A stretch of 37,576 nucleotides of DNA from Candidatus Micrarchaeota archaeon. Lineage in GTDB: Archaea; Micrarchaeota; Micrarchaeia; Micrarchaeales; CABMGC01. Position numbers and translations under genes: made by a program. The DNA lies in NCBI GenBank assembly GCA_027314465.1, contig DAHVAU010000004.1, positions 1 to 37,576 on the forward strand, written 5' to 3'. Below are positions 24,024 through 33,235 of the stretch, piece after piece (the stretch's first letter is position 1; every line of letters begins with the position of its first letter). Under the pieces are notes generated by a model. The model made no database searches. It was not told the DNA's origin and saw only the letters and a list, made by a program, of their open reading frames with translations.

Positions 24024-25117
24024 AGTATCCTCGTTAATATCGAAAACAGGTCCATCCTCTCCCCTATGGACCTGGAGAAGTCGACTATGAAGGCGTCGAC
24101 CACCACCAGATTGAGGAGCGGTATGAATACTAACCCTGCTCCTATAAATCCAGCATACATGATCAGTGGAGCAAATATCTTGCTGAACACTGCATTAGTA
24201 TAATTAAGCGGATTGACTATATTCAATAGAGACTGCACGAGGAAGTTCCCAAGGGTGTCAAGCGGCACGGCTACCCCGCTGGTGGCGCCGCCTATGGCCG
24301 CATGCGCTATTGCAGAGTCAAGGAATCCGTACGTAAGGCCCACCATCAACGGATACACAACGCCTATGCCCAGGCCGAAGGCTATCATAGCCCCGCCGAA
24401 GCTTTTGGTGACCCCGAAAGACCTTGCTATAAGACCTATTATGATGAATGCGCTGAACAGGAGCATTGATGAGCTTATCAGGTACTGCTGCAGCAAGGAG
24501 GCGATGGAAAGCGCGTAGTATACCTGCATGTAAGGTATGATGTATTGGTGAACGAACACTATCGGGAGCAGCTGTATGGTGAAGCTGATGCCTATTCCGC
24601 CGTAGCCTAGATTTACCGGTATTGCCGGCGCTATGCCCCCTGCAAGCGAGAACCAGAACAGGGAGGTGCTGAACTGGGCAAGATCCGTATTGTATTGGTA
24701 CATGTCGCATGTTGCCACGCCGAAGATATCTGCTACGTTTGACGGCGATGGAGTTGCGCCTGCGTTGGCAGGATTGCATGCCTGCGGCAGCAATCCTATC
24801 GAATTCAGGGGCGTCACAGGATTGACGCATATGAGCATTGTGGAGAAGCTCACGAAGATTATCGCGAATACTATAGTGACCAGTCCGTCGTATATCTTGG
24901 CCCTTGCCCATACCTTCATGTCATTTCTTCCGAGCGCAGGGGAGAGCATGTAGAACAGCGCTGCAATGCCTATTATGACAGAGACGGCCATTAGCACTAT
25001 GGGGAACCATACATTGGGAGTGGCGGAGAAGAAGCTGACCACATTGTTGGTGTATCCCCCTCCAGCGAATGGGCACACTGCAAGTTGCAGCATCCATGGA
25101 ATTATAACTTCTAGCAT
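24020..25117 (-). CDS. polytopic membrane protein, paralog 5 of the tandem family
   Basis: 365-aa ORF with an ATG start 1 nt after the upstream stop. The family signature is GLIARSFGVTKSFGGAMIAFGLGIGVVYP. Cys-containing predicted external loops include QACNPANAG and ATCDMY. Confidence 0.8.
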   Translation of the reverse strand: MLEVIIPWMLQLAVCPFAGGGYTNNVVSFFSATPNVWFPIVLMAVSVIIGIAALFYMLSPALGRNDMKVWARAKIYDGLVTIVFAIIFVSFSTMLICVNPVTPLNSIGLLPQACNPANAGATPSPSNVADIFGVATCDMYQYNTDLAQFSTSLFWFSLAGGIAPAIPVNLGYGGIGISFTIQLLPIVFVHQYIIPYMQVYYALSIASLLQQYLISSSMLLFSAFIIIGLIARSFGVTKSFGGAMIAFGLGIGVVYPLMVGLTYGFLDSAIAHAAIGGATSGVAVPLDTLGNFLVQSLLNIVNPLNYTNAVFSKIFAPLIMYAGFIGAGLVFIPLLNLVVVDAFIVDFSRSIGERMDLFSILTRIL

Positions 25118-25118
25118 A

Positions 25119-26300
25119 TCACACCACCCTTCCGAGCATCCTGGCGCCCTGCAGCGAAGGCGCCCCTAGTATTGTTCCCAGCTTCTCTACCATCTCGTAT
25201 GATACTATTAGCGAGATTATTAATCCGATTAGGTCTATGCCTATGAACTGCAGTCCCTGGATAAATGCGAATACGTTCTCGTAGTATACCTCGCCGAAAT
25301 TGTAATCCATCAGGCCCAGTATCTCCTTGCCTGACGTGGTCAGGAAGCTCCCTGAATTGCACAGGCTTGAGAACGTAGTGTTGAACGTGCTGGAGTCGCA
25401 AAAGCCCTTGCCGCTAAGGCCGTGCCCGGTCACTCCGAGGAACGGGAACATCAATGCCGGGAATATCAGGTAAAACGATATGAACAGCGCTATAAGCGAT
25501 CCTCCGGCAGGCCGCGTCCATGGGAAGGAGCGCAGCACTATGCCAAGGTAGAGGAACAGTGGGAATAGGTAGTATATGGTGAACAGTATCACTATGATGA
25601 ACATGCCCATGAACATGCCCCCGAAGTAGATCGTCTGCTCGTCCCATAGCAGCTGTATTAGCAGCGCGATTCCCTGGAACGGATCGAACGCCACGCCGAA
25701 GTTGTTTGGCATTATGGAGATCCTGAATCCCCCTGTCGGAGGCGATGAGGTGGCGAATGCATTGGCTACCATAAGATTCACGTATATGCCAAACCAGTTC
25801 TCCAGACTGGACGTTATCACATTTGTGTTTATGTCATTGCACAGATTCACATACATGGTGTTTATGCTGCCTGTGCCTGACGAAGCCGATCCCACACCTG
25901 TTGAGGATGTCGCTATGTTGGAGAAGAAGGACAGCGATGCAGGGGCGAATGCCATGGCTGTGCCTATGACGGCTATTATGGCGAGATTGCCCCCTGCTTC
26001 TACCATCTCGGCCTTGCTGAAATTGATAAGCTGGTCCAGATGGAATGCTGTGCCTATTGCGTATGTGACGCCAACTATCGAGAGCATTGCTAGTATTATC
26101 AGCACTGCGATGGTAAGCATCGAGCTGCCGAGCGATGAGATGCCGGTTCCGGGGCTTGTTATTGCGGCAAGATTGCCCGCTGGGGACAGTGAGGCTGATG
26201 AAGAGAAGAAGTTGTTGCAGTTCACTACTGATATGGCGTTTGACGCGCCGATGAGCACGGCGAAAGCCAGGAGCGTTAGTGCAAATTGCCTGTATCCCAT
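25119..26300 (-). CDS. polytopic membrane protein, paralog 4 of the tandem family
   Basis: 393-aa ORF with an ATG start and a signal-like N-terminus (FALTLLAFAVLIGASNAIS). The family signature is GIVLRSFPWTRPAGGSLIALFISFYLIFP. Confidence 0.8.
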   Translation of the reverse strand: MGYRQFALTLLAFAVLIGASNAISVVNCNNFFSSSASLSPAGNLAAITSPGTGISSLGSSMLTIAVLIILAMLSIVGVTYAIGTAFHLDQLINFSKAEMVEAGGNLAIIAVIGTAMAFAPASLSFFSNIATSSTGVGSASSGTGSINTMYVNLCNDINTNVITSSLENWFGIYVNLMVANAFATSSPPTGGFRISIMPNNFGVAFDPFQGIALLIQLLWDEQTIYFGGMFMGMFIIVILFTIYYLFPLFLYLGIVLRSFPWTRPAGGSLIALFISFYLIFPALMFPFLGVTGHGLSGKGFCDSSTFNTTFSSLCNSGSFLTTSGKEILGLMDYNFGEVYYENVFAFIQGLQFIGIDLIGLIISLIVSYEMVEKLGTILGAPSLQGARMLGRVV

Positions 26301-26310
26301 CTAATCCAAC

Positions 26311-27948
26311 TCATATGAACCTGCTCAGCCCTATGATGGTGGTCTCTCCCCCCATCAGCGAAGAGATCCCCACCATTGCCGATATCATCATCAATACGTT
26401 TATTATAGGAATTATGAACGCCGACACCGCTATAATTCCATACATATTTGCCAGGGCACTAAGCGCCGCGGCTATGTTGTACGGGCCTATCCTGGCCACG
26501 CATGCGCCATTGTTTGCAGTAAGCAGGCCCAGAGGCGACGACAGCGGAGATATTCCGGTGAAGAACGACAGTATGAAAGTTACCGGCAGTGATATCTCCT
26601 GCACTAGAGTCTGCGCAAGCGCCTCTGACTCAAAAGGCCATATCGTAGTGGCGCCAGCCTGGATGTTACATGAGTACAGATTGATAACGTCGCCTGCGTA
26701 TGGATACACGTAGAAGTTTATGTTGCGCTTCACGTAGCATGTAGCCGCAGTGCTGAATGGATTCCCCCCGCTGATGAAAGGCTGCTCGCCCTGCGATACG
26801 CTTGAGCACGCATTTAGAGTGGTGGCAGTTCCTTTTGCAGGGGTCAGACCCTTAAGTATGTAGCTGGTCTTGAGCGAATCGGCGCTAGTGTAGCAGTACA
26901 GCACGTTGTTACCAGCGCTGTTCGCAAGCTGCCCGAAGCCGCACAGCGATACTGCAGGTATGGAGCTTGCCCCTATGAACGAGTTGGGGTTGAGGTTGCT
27001 GAGCGATGAATATTCGAAGAGGAACACCGTAGGGTATATCACTACAGCGACCACTGTCGCTGCAATCAGTAGTCCCCCTATTCTCCTCGTGAAGGGTATG
27101 GTGCGCAGCACTATTCCTCCTGCAAGCAGGTACGGCCATCCCATAAGCACTATCAGGATGAGCACCATCTGTATGACGAACATATACAGGGCTATTGTGC
27201 CCTCAGTGGTTATGGCAGGCATTATCGCCCTCTGCAGCACGTAGCCGCCGTAGGGATTATATGAGAGCTTCAGTGTGGGCACAACGTCAGGAACCGGGAG
27301 GTCGCACTCCGCAGGTATGCACACAACTATGAAAGGCCGCAGGTTCCTGAGAAAGAACAGCAGGCTGTCGAAGTTGTACAGCGAGTTCAGCTCCATTGCC
27401 GACTGATTGCTCATGTTTGCGAACACAACGTACGTAGAGGCGAGTCCGTAGTCAATCTGCCTTGTGACTGGAGTGACTCCTGCATTGCTGTCTATCAGGT
27501 ACTTGCATACGGCAGTGGTAGGCCCTGGCAGGTTCTGGGCGTTGTCCTGGTATACGCTATTGAAAGTGCTTATCTGCGAGTTCGGAAGTATGTTGTTGCA
27601 TATATTGTTTATCTGTGATGTGCCCCCGCTTCCAAGTATGCTGGAGAAGCTTATGCTGGAGCTTGTGCCTATGAGAAAGAAGAACCATACTAGCAGCACT
27701 ACGATGAGTATGCTTGCGCCGGCGTGCTGCAGCTCCGATATGGCGCTGGCCTTCACCCTGTTATTGTTTAGGAGCCACCCTATCATATAGTATATCGAGG
27801 CCAACAGCACGGCCAGTGTGGAGGCTATGATTATGACAGGTATCCAGTTGTTGAATACATTATAGTTCGTGGCTATGCTCGACTGCGCGCCTGCGGCTGA
27901 TGAGAGGACCAACGCAGCTGCAATTGCGAATGCTATCGTAAGTCTCAT
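26311..27948 (-). CDS. polytopic membrane protein, paralog 3 (largest, with an expanded Cys-rich external region)
   Basis: 545-aa ORF whose ATG overlaps the upstream stop (ATGA). It has a signal-like N-terminus (LTIAFAIAAALVLSSAAGAQS). The family signature is GIVLRTIPFTRRIGGLLIAATVVAVVIYP. There are many Cys residues in predicted loops. Confidence 0.8.
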   Translation of the reverse strand: MRLTIAFAIAAALVLSSAAGAQSSIATNYNVFNNWIPVIIIASTLAVLLASIYYMIGWLLNNNRVKASAISELQHAGASILIVVLLVWFFFLIGTSSSISFSSILGSGGTSQINNICNNILPNSQISTFNSVYQDNAQNLPGPTTAVCKYLIDSNAGVTPVTRQIDYGLASTYVVFANMSNQSAMELNSLYNFDSLLFFLRNLRPFIVVCIPAECDLPVPDVVPTLKLSYNPYGGYVLQRAIMPAITTEGTIALYMFVIQMVLILIVLMGWPYLLAGGIVLRTIPFTRRIGGLLIAATVVAVVIYPTVFLFEYSSLSNLNPNSFIGASSIPAVSLCGFGQLANSAGNNVLYCYTSADSLKTSYILKGLTPAKGTATTLNACSSVSQGEQPFISGGNPFSTAATCYVKRNINFYVYPYAGDVINLYSCNIQAGATTIWPFESEALAQTLVQEISLPVTFILSFFTGISPLSSPLGLLTANNGACVARIGPYNIAAALSALANMYGIIAVSAFIIPIINVLMMISAMVGISSLMGGETTIIGLSRFI

Positions 27949-29171
27949 ACGTTACCCCAGAATGGCCCCACGGCCATCATCCTGTTTACCGAATTCAGTC
28001 CCTTGGTAAGCCCTTGCGCAAAGGCCAGCACTATTGCAAGGTCAATGCCTATCATAACTATGCCCTCGAAAAGGTACTCCGCAGTCTTTATTCCAAAGTC
28101 TATGGTTACCCCTGGCACATTGAACAAAGTACTGAACATCAGGGTTATTCCTTGCGAAAGCCCTCCTTCTGAAGAGAACGCCCCTGAGAGGAATGACGTG
28201 GTCAGCGGTATGCCGCTAAGTAGGCCGCTCCCGGTGTTGAAGCTCTGCGGCTGCGAGTTGAAGAAGTTGCTTGCCGGAGAGGCCCCAAGCTGGTAGGGGA
28301 ACGTGTACTGGTTGTATGGGTTGCACACCTGCCCTGCAACAGTGCACGGAGTGTTTATCCACGTTACAACGTAGGTATTGAACAGTATGGCAAGAGGCAG
28401 TATGAAGTAGAATCCTATGGCAAGGGCTAGGAATGTGTCTGACGACTCTCTGAGCTTGGGCCCGGCGAAAGGTATTGAGCGCATTGCTATGGCTACTGGG
28501 ACTACAATAGTCAGCGCAGTAGTCTGTATTAATGAGAGCAGCAGGTACACAACGAATATCACTCCGAAAGACACGATTATTAAGGGCGTGAAGGCCGCCA
28601 CCAGAGCGCCGCTGAATCCGTAGTATATGGTGAACAGTTCGGTACCAAGCTCCACGTGCAGGAAAGCAGAGAGATATGTATTCACTATCTCATCTACAGC
28701 GGAGCCGAGGTTTCCTGCTATTGTTATGAGTACCGATTCTGAGTATATCTGCTGGAATAGCGACAGCCCTTTTGAGAACATCAGATTGCCAAGGTAGAGC
28801 TGCGCAAACTGCATCGGGTCCTGGTATGTGGCATGCAGCACAGGAGCCGCAGATGCAGTAAGAGATGAGCCTACCTGACATGTTGTCGCTGCTATTGCGA
28901 TGAGTATTATGACTATGATTATGGCTATGACGCCCTGGAAGGCCTCGTACTTCGCCGCGCCCTTCATCTTCTCGCGCATGGAAACAGGAAATATGTTGGC
29001 GAACGAGTATACCGCTGCGGATATCATGAACGATGCAAGTACGATAAGCAGGTTTATCTGGATCCAGGAATTTGTGTTGAGCGTGCCGCTAGCCCCGGTG
29101 GTGCCACCGAAAGTGCAGGCCTGCAGGTAGGGATTCTGCGCAGCAGCAAGTACCATTGGTAGGATGTTCAT
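27945..29171 (-). CDS. polytopic membrane protein, paralog 2 of the tandem family
   Basis: 408-aa ORF whose ATG shares 1 nt with the upstream stop (TGATG). It carries a divergent form of the signature, AIAMRSIPFAGPKLRESSDTFLALAIGFYFILP. Confidence 0.8.
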   Translation of the reverse strand: MNILPMVLAAAQNPYLQACTFGGTTGASGTLNTNSWIQINLLIVLASFMISAAVYSFANIFPVSMREKMKGAAKYEAFQGVIAIIIVIILIAIAATTCQVGSSLTASAAPVLHATYQDPMQFAQLYLGNLMFSKGLSLFQQIYSESVLITIAGNLGSAVDEIVNTYLSAFLHVELGTELFTIYYGFSGALVAAFTPLIIVSFGVIFVVYLLLSLIQTTALTIVVPVAIAMRSIPFAGPKLRESSDTFLALAIGFYFILPLAILFNTYVVTWINTPCTVAGQVCNPYNQYTFPYQLGASPASNFFNSQPQSFNTGSGLLSGIPLTTSFLSGAFSSEGGLSQGITLMFSTLFNVPGVTIDFGIKTAEYLFEGIVMIGIDLAIVLAFAQGLTKGLNSVNRMMAVGPFWGNV

Positions 29172-30445
29172 CAGCTCGCCAACCTCAGTTTGCCTCCCAG
29201 AGAGAGCTTTATGCTTCCCCCAAATACCCTAGCTATGTTGTCAACTATCGGATAGATTATGATTATGTCGATAGCAAGCAGTAGGAGCTGCACGATCAGA
29301 TATAGCCCGTACTGCAGTATCTGGTTCATGTAGTGGTAGATGGCCTTGGTGCTGAATACTGCAGAAGATGACCCTATGGAATCCGCGACATTGCCTATTG
29401 TGCCTATTGCAGAGTTTATAAGGGCACATCCGGTTCCAAGCACTGTAGTCACAACTGTGCCAAATACCCCTCCACCTATGGTAGGGCATGTGAGCGGACC
29501 TGATACAACTGCAGAGGGCTGCTGCAGCGGAAGGGCGCTGTCAAGAGCCTGCGTGACGGGATAATTGAACAGCACAAGCACTGCAGGGAACACCACGGCC
29601 ATTGCAACACCTATGGCAAGCAGCGTGCCGCCTATTCCCCTTACGAACGGAAGGGCGCGGAACACCAGGCCTATTGGTATGAAGAACGCCAAACCTATGT
29701 AAGCGAGTGCAGGAAGCAGCGTTATGACGCCTATCTCCATGGACGTGTATGGAAACATTATGAAGTTTGAGAGGTCGTTGATTATTGAACCGAAGAATGC
29801 GATGTGGAAGTTTCCTGTCTGCAGGGCCCAATTGCCGAATGGGAGGAACAGGACGCCGAAGTTTATCCCGATTGCAATGGTTGTGAGAAGATCCGTAGGG
29901 GATGGGACATAGAAGCTGACCTGGAGCGTTGACCAGAACCCTGTGCCAGAGGCCATCTGCCCCAAAAGGCCCCATATGTTCACAACGTTTGCATTTACGC
30001 TGCATAGATACCCCTCTGCGCCGTTTATAAGGTAACCCAGGTTTGCTACGCCAGGAGCTCCAGCCCCAACCGTCTGCGGACTTGGAGATATTGCATTGGC
30101 CAGGTTGCCGATGAATATTATGATCGCATAGATGCTAATTATTATCAGCGCCGACTTGCCTATCTCCCAGTACTCCCCCTGCAGCCAGTTCCTGATGCCC
30201 AGATGCGGGAAGAGCCTGCTTATCATGTACCCTATTGCGACTACGTCAAAAGATATAGTAAGGGCCAGGAGCGCCATGGCAACGGCATTGAAGTAGTTGA
30301 AAGACACTGGAGCTATGGTAGGACTGGCATTGCACTCGGCAGGAACAGGTATTGTTGGAGTGGGAGGTATGCCTGTAGCAGCATATGACATACTAATAAG
30401 AAGGCACAGTAGGACACTGACCGATGCTACCGCTCGCAGCCGCAT
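29171..30445 (-). CDS. polytopic membrane protein, paralog 1 of the tandem family
   Basis: 424-aa ORF with an ATG start and a signal-like N-terminus (AVASVSVLLCLLISMSYAATG). The family signature is GLVFRALPFVRGIGGTLLAIGVAMAVVFP. Confidence 0.8.
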   Translation of the reverse strand: MRLRAVASVSVLLCLLISMSYAATGIPPTPTIPVPAECNASPTIAPVSFNYFNAVAMALLALTISFDVVAIGYMISRLFPHLGIRNWLQGEYWEIGKSALIIISIYAIIIFIGNLANAISPSPQTVGAGAPGVANLGYLINGAEGYLCSVNANVVNIWGLLGQMASGTGFWSTLQVSFYVPSPTDLLTTIAIGINFGVLFLPFGNWALQTGNFHIAFFGSIINDLSNFIMFPYTSMEIGVITLLPALAYIGLAFFIPIGLVFRALPFVRGIGGTLLAIGVAMAVVFPAVLVLFNYPVTQALDSALPLQQPSAVVSGPLTCPTIGGGVFGTVVTTVLGTGCALINSAIGTIGNVADSIGSSSAVFSTKAIYHYMNQILQYGLYLIVQLLLLAIDIIIIYPIVDNIARVFGGSIKLSLGGKLRLAS

Positions 30446-30466
30446 GGTTATATGTTGCGTGGAGGG

Positions 30467-30476
30467 CTTAAAAAGG
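30467..30476 (-). promoter_or_regulatory. TATA/box-A candidate in front of the six-paralog block
   Basis: The minus strand reads AAACCTTTTTAAGCCC. The element lies 22-31 nt upstream of ATG 30445, inside the only sizeable gap (116 nt) in this part of the cluster. Confidence 0.4.
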
Positions 30477-30561
30477 TTTACAGACGCAGCTTGAACATGA
30501 TTAATGGAATTGGGTGCTTAGTTGCCCGATGGGCAGCTATGCAACTGGCAGGCATGTGAAT

Positions 30562-31299
30562 TCAGTGCCTAAGCAACCTGAACCTGTCCATGTACGCCTG
30601 AGCCTGGAAGATGACGAAATACGGAACTACGAGCAGGGAGTTTATGATCAGCGCTATGTACCTTGACCAGAGGGTGCCGAACAAGCCTATGCACGCCACA
30701 TCCACAAGAGACACTATGACTGTAGCAAGCACAAGCCATATGATGAAGTACTGCGGCTCGTGGAGCACAAGCCTCAGGCTGTCAACAACCGCCCGTGACG
30801 CCTTCTTGTTGTCTACAACTATTGCGCTGGGAGCATAGAATATCACAAGGAAGAGCACAAAACCAACGACGGCTGTTAGCAGCGTCGATATCCCAAGTGC
30901 ATACCCAACCATGCTAGCTACCATGAGTATCAGAGTGTATACAAGCAGGACGGCGAACACCTTCCATATGTACTTCTCAAGATCCTCGAATACCCTCTTG
31001 CCAACTGACGAGTGAGTCCTCTTTGACTTGACCAGCAGGCTTATCAGCACAAAGGCGAAGCTTAGGAACAGAAGGGAGAATATAGTCGATGCTGTGATCA
31101 CTGCAAGGCTCACCAGGTCTATGTTCCCGTTCGCGAATATGCTTGCGCTCCTAAGGAATATGGCTCCGGCGCTTATGTAGGTTGGAAGCGGGGCGAGCAA
31201 TGGTATCGCGAAGGCTATCACGAATGGTATGGAGAATATTATGGCTAGGCCTATCCTCTCCCTGTAGACATTCCAGGATTCCCTTATCACACCTGCCAA
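30562..31299 (-). CDS. six-TM integral membrane protein, unknown function
   Basis: 245-aa ORF with no ATG near its 5' end (TTG 31299 or GTG 31290). It has six evenly spaced hydrophobic helices and no recognisable catalytic motif. Confidence 0.65.
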   Translation of the reverse strand: MAGVIRESWNVYRERIGLAIIFSIPFVIAFAIPLLAPLPTYISAGAIFLRSASIFANGNIDLVSLAVITASTIFSLLFLSFAFVLISLLVKSKRTHSSVGKRVFEDLEKYIWKVFAVLLVYTLILMVASMVGYALGISTLLTAVVGFVLFLVIFYAPSAIVVDNKKASRAVVDSLRLVLHEPQYFIIWLVLATVIVSLVDVACIGLFGTLWSRYIALIINSLLVVPYFVIFQAQAYMDRFRLLRH

Positions 31300-31342
31300 C
31301 CGGACACCGGATTGCTATCTCAAAGAACTATTAAAAAGGTGA

Positions 31343-33208
31343 CTATCTTGCAGGAGGAGCAGTGACAGTAAATGAAGGCCCCACATAGTAATGGCCGCTG
31401 TTGTAGATCACGGTGTTGAGATAGGCAGTACCGGCAGTTATGTTGGATGGTATGGTTGCATTCAGGGCATAAATGCCGTTTGACAGGTGCATCAGGTTGG
31501 GATTCGTGGCGCATGGATAGGCTGCGCAGTTCAGGCTGCCTTTGAATAATCGCTGTGCAGAAAGGCCGTAGAAGAGCCCTCCCTGACCCTGGTACTCTAT
31601 CATGAATGCGAGGTATGCACTGGTACCTGGACCGCCATACAGCACGTCTGCACGGTACAGCACTGTGCCATTATTCTGAAGCTCTGCGGTCTGGTTGTAC
31701 AGATGTATGCTGAACCCGCTTTCATAAGAAGCATGGGAGAGAGCTACAACAGCAACTATGGCCGCTATTACAACGAGCGTAGCTACGTAGGCAGCGGCCT
31801 TGCCTGCGGCCGTATTAACGTACGATCTGAACCGCCCTATTGGCCTGTGTCCAGAGTCAATGCGGCATACCAGCGTAAAGAGGAGGGCCAGCAGTATGTA
31901 GTACACCAAGAGCAGATGGTTAATGAACAGCAGAGGTATCATTGCAAGTAATGGTATTGCCCTCCTGTCGTTGGCATAGAGCGATACGATCACCATCAGC
32001 GCCGTAGACAGGGCGATAAGTATGGGATACGAATGCATGCCTATTGGATACTGCGAGGCTATTAGGTAGCCTATGGAGGACGATGGCTGTGGCAGTATGT
32101 TGCCAACAGTAAGTAACACTGATGATATGTAGCTGTATGGTGCGCTAATGATGAAATACCCATTTATCAGCATGAAGATGGCCCCTGCCCCAACAATCTC
32201 GCGTATGCCGCTTCTCCAGCCCTTGTTGTTTATGGTATAGACTATGAACAGCAGCATTATTGGCCAGAGCAGCTCCTGCAGCGATACTGCAAGTCCAATT
32301 ATAAGCCACGAGTACTTCTTGCTAGCTGCAGTGTAGAGAAGCAGCACCAAGGCAAGCATCAGAAATGTCTGCATTGATGCAATGAACATTGAGAATGCAC
32401 CGAACAGCACGTAAGCTGCGAAATTAGGTCTGAAGGGCTCGTCTTTTTTCATCACCAGAGCGAGTGCACCTATAAAGATCAGGAAGAATACAACCGCCTG
32501 GGTATGCATGTACAACTGGGCTATCGCCTGGAAGCCATACCCGCTGAACGCAAGATAGAACGGCACTGACACGAGGAAGTATAGGGCAGGATAATCAACG
32601 GCGCCTATCACAGTGTTGTCCTGGGTGAATGTTATCCTCCCGGTAGTGACATTTGATGTGAACAGAGTCTGGCTTATGGAAGTGGTGTATGGATTTATGC
32701 CCTGCAGCATGTGCTGCACTGCGTAGTATCCTATTACTGTCTCGTCATCAGCAGCGTAAATCACGTAGTGGAGATAGAATACCACCACTATGGCGATGAT
32801 GGCTATTGCAAGCGCTGCCTTAATCCTCCTGTCCTTTATGAACAGCGCGGCGCTGAGCGTCAGGGCCAGTACCATGAAAATGCATGCATAAGCAAACGCA
32901 TCTTCAAGCCATGATAGCCAATATGCAGTCAACTGACCCGTTGATAGGTAAAGAAATGAGGATACTGCAAATAGTACCAGTGATACTAGGAAAAGTACGT
33001 TGAACAGCCGCTTTCCAGCGCGGTCCGTTGCATGCGCAGCGTTCAATACTGCCAGAGCCACCACTACAGCGGCAAACGCAGCGTCGACCAGAGCCCCTGA
33101 CCAGAGATATTTCACTGGCCCGGCTATGGATGCAATAATAAATAAAACGAGGGCGATGAGGAGCCTGGCAGTCCTGTCAGGAACCTGCCGGCCCCTTCGC
33201 TCTCGCAT
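31343..33208 (-). CDS. large polytopic membrane protein with C-terminal external domain; GT-C-fold (PimE/DUF2029-like) glycosyltransferase candidate
   Basis: 621-aa ORF with an ATG start and about 13 TM segments. The loop AADDETVIGYYAVQHMLQGINPYT....AVDYPALYFL resembles the acidic-loop / G-x-N-P-Y / Y-P-P arrangement of DUF2029/GT87-type GT-C enzymes. The C-terminal ~130 aa are soluble and carry sequons (NQT, NGT, NAT, NIT). Confidence 0.7.
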   Translation of the reverse strand: MRERRGRQVPDRTARLLIALVLFIIASIAGPVKYLWSGALVDAAFAAVVVALAVLNAAHATDRAGKRLFNVLFLVSLVLFAVSSFLYLSTGQLTAYWLSWLEDAFAYACIFMVLALTLSAALFIKDRRIKAALAIAIIAIVVVFYLHYVIYAADDETVIGYYAVQHMLQGINPYTTSISQTLFTSNVTTGRITFTQDNTVIGAVDYPALYFLVSVPFYLAFSGYGFQAIAQLYMHTQAVVFFLIFIGALALVMKKDEPFRPNFAAYVLFGAFSMFIASMQTFLMLALVLLLYTAASKKYSWLIIGLAVSLQELLWPIMLLFIVYTINNKGWRSGIREIVGAGAIFMLINGYFIISAPYSYISSVLLTVGNILPQPSSSIGYLIASQYPIGMHSYPILIALSTALMVIVSLYANDRRAIPLLAMIPLLFINHLLLVYYILLALLFTLVCRIDSGHRPIGRFRSYVNTAAGKAAAYVATLVVIAAIVAVVALSHASYESGFSIHLYNQTAELQNNGTVLYRADVLYGGPGTSAYLAFMIEYQGQGGLFYGLSAQRLFKGSLNCAAYPCATNPNLMHLSNGIYALNATIPSNITAGTAYLNTVIYNSGHYYVGPSFTVTAPPAR

Positions 33209-33235
33209 GAAATCTCGGCGCTGCCGTCAGCGGAT

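Noticed and set aside
25702-26713. 200-aa and 144-aa plus-strand ORFs antisense to paralogs 4 and 3. The same applies to 24213-24518, 24633-24953, 26906-27244, 27464-27790, 28003-28296 and 29340-29564.
   Set aside because: The minus-strand genes form a tightly coupled paralogous series with conserved signatures. The plus-strand frames have no starts in a promoter context and no recognisable features.
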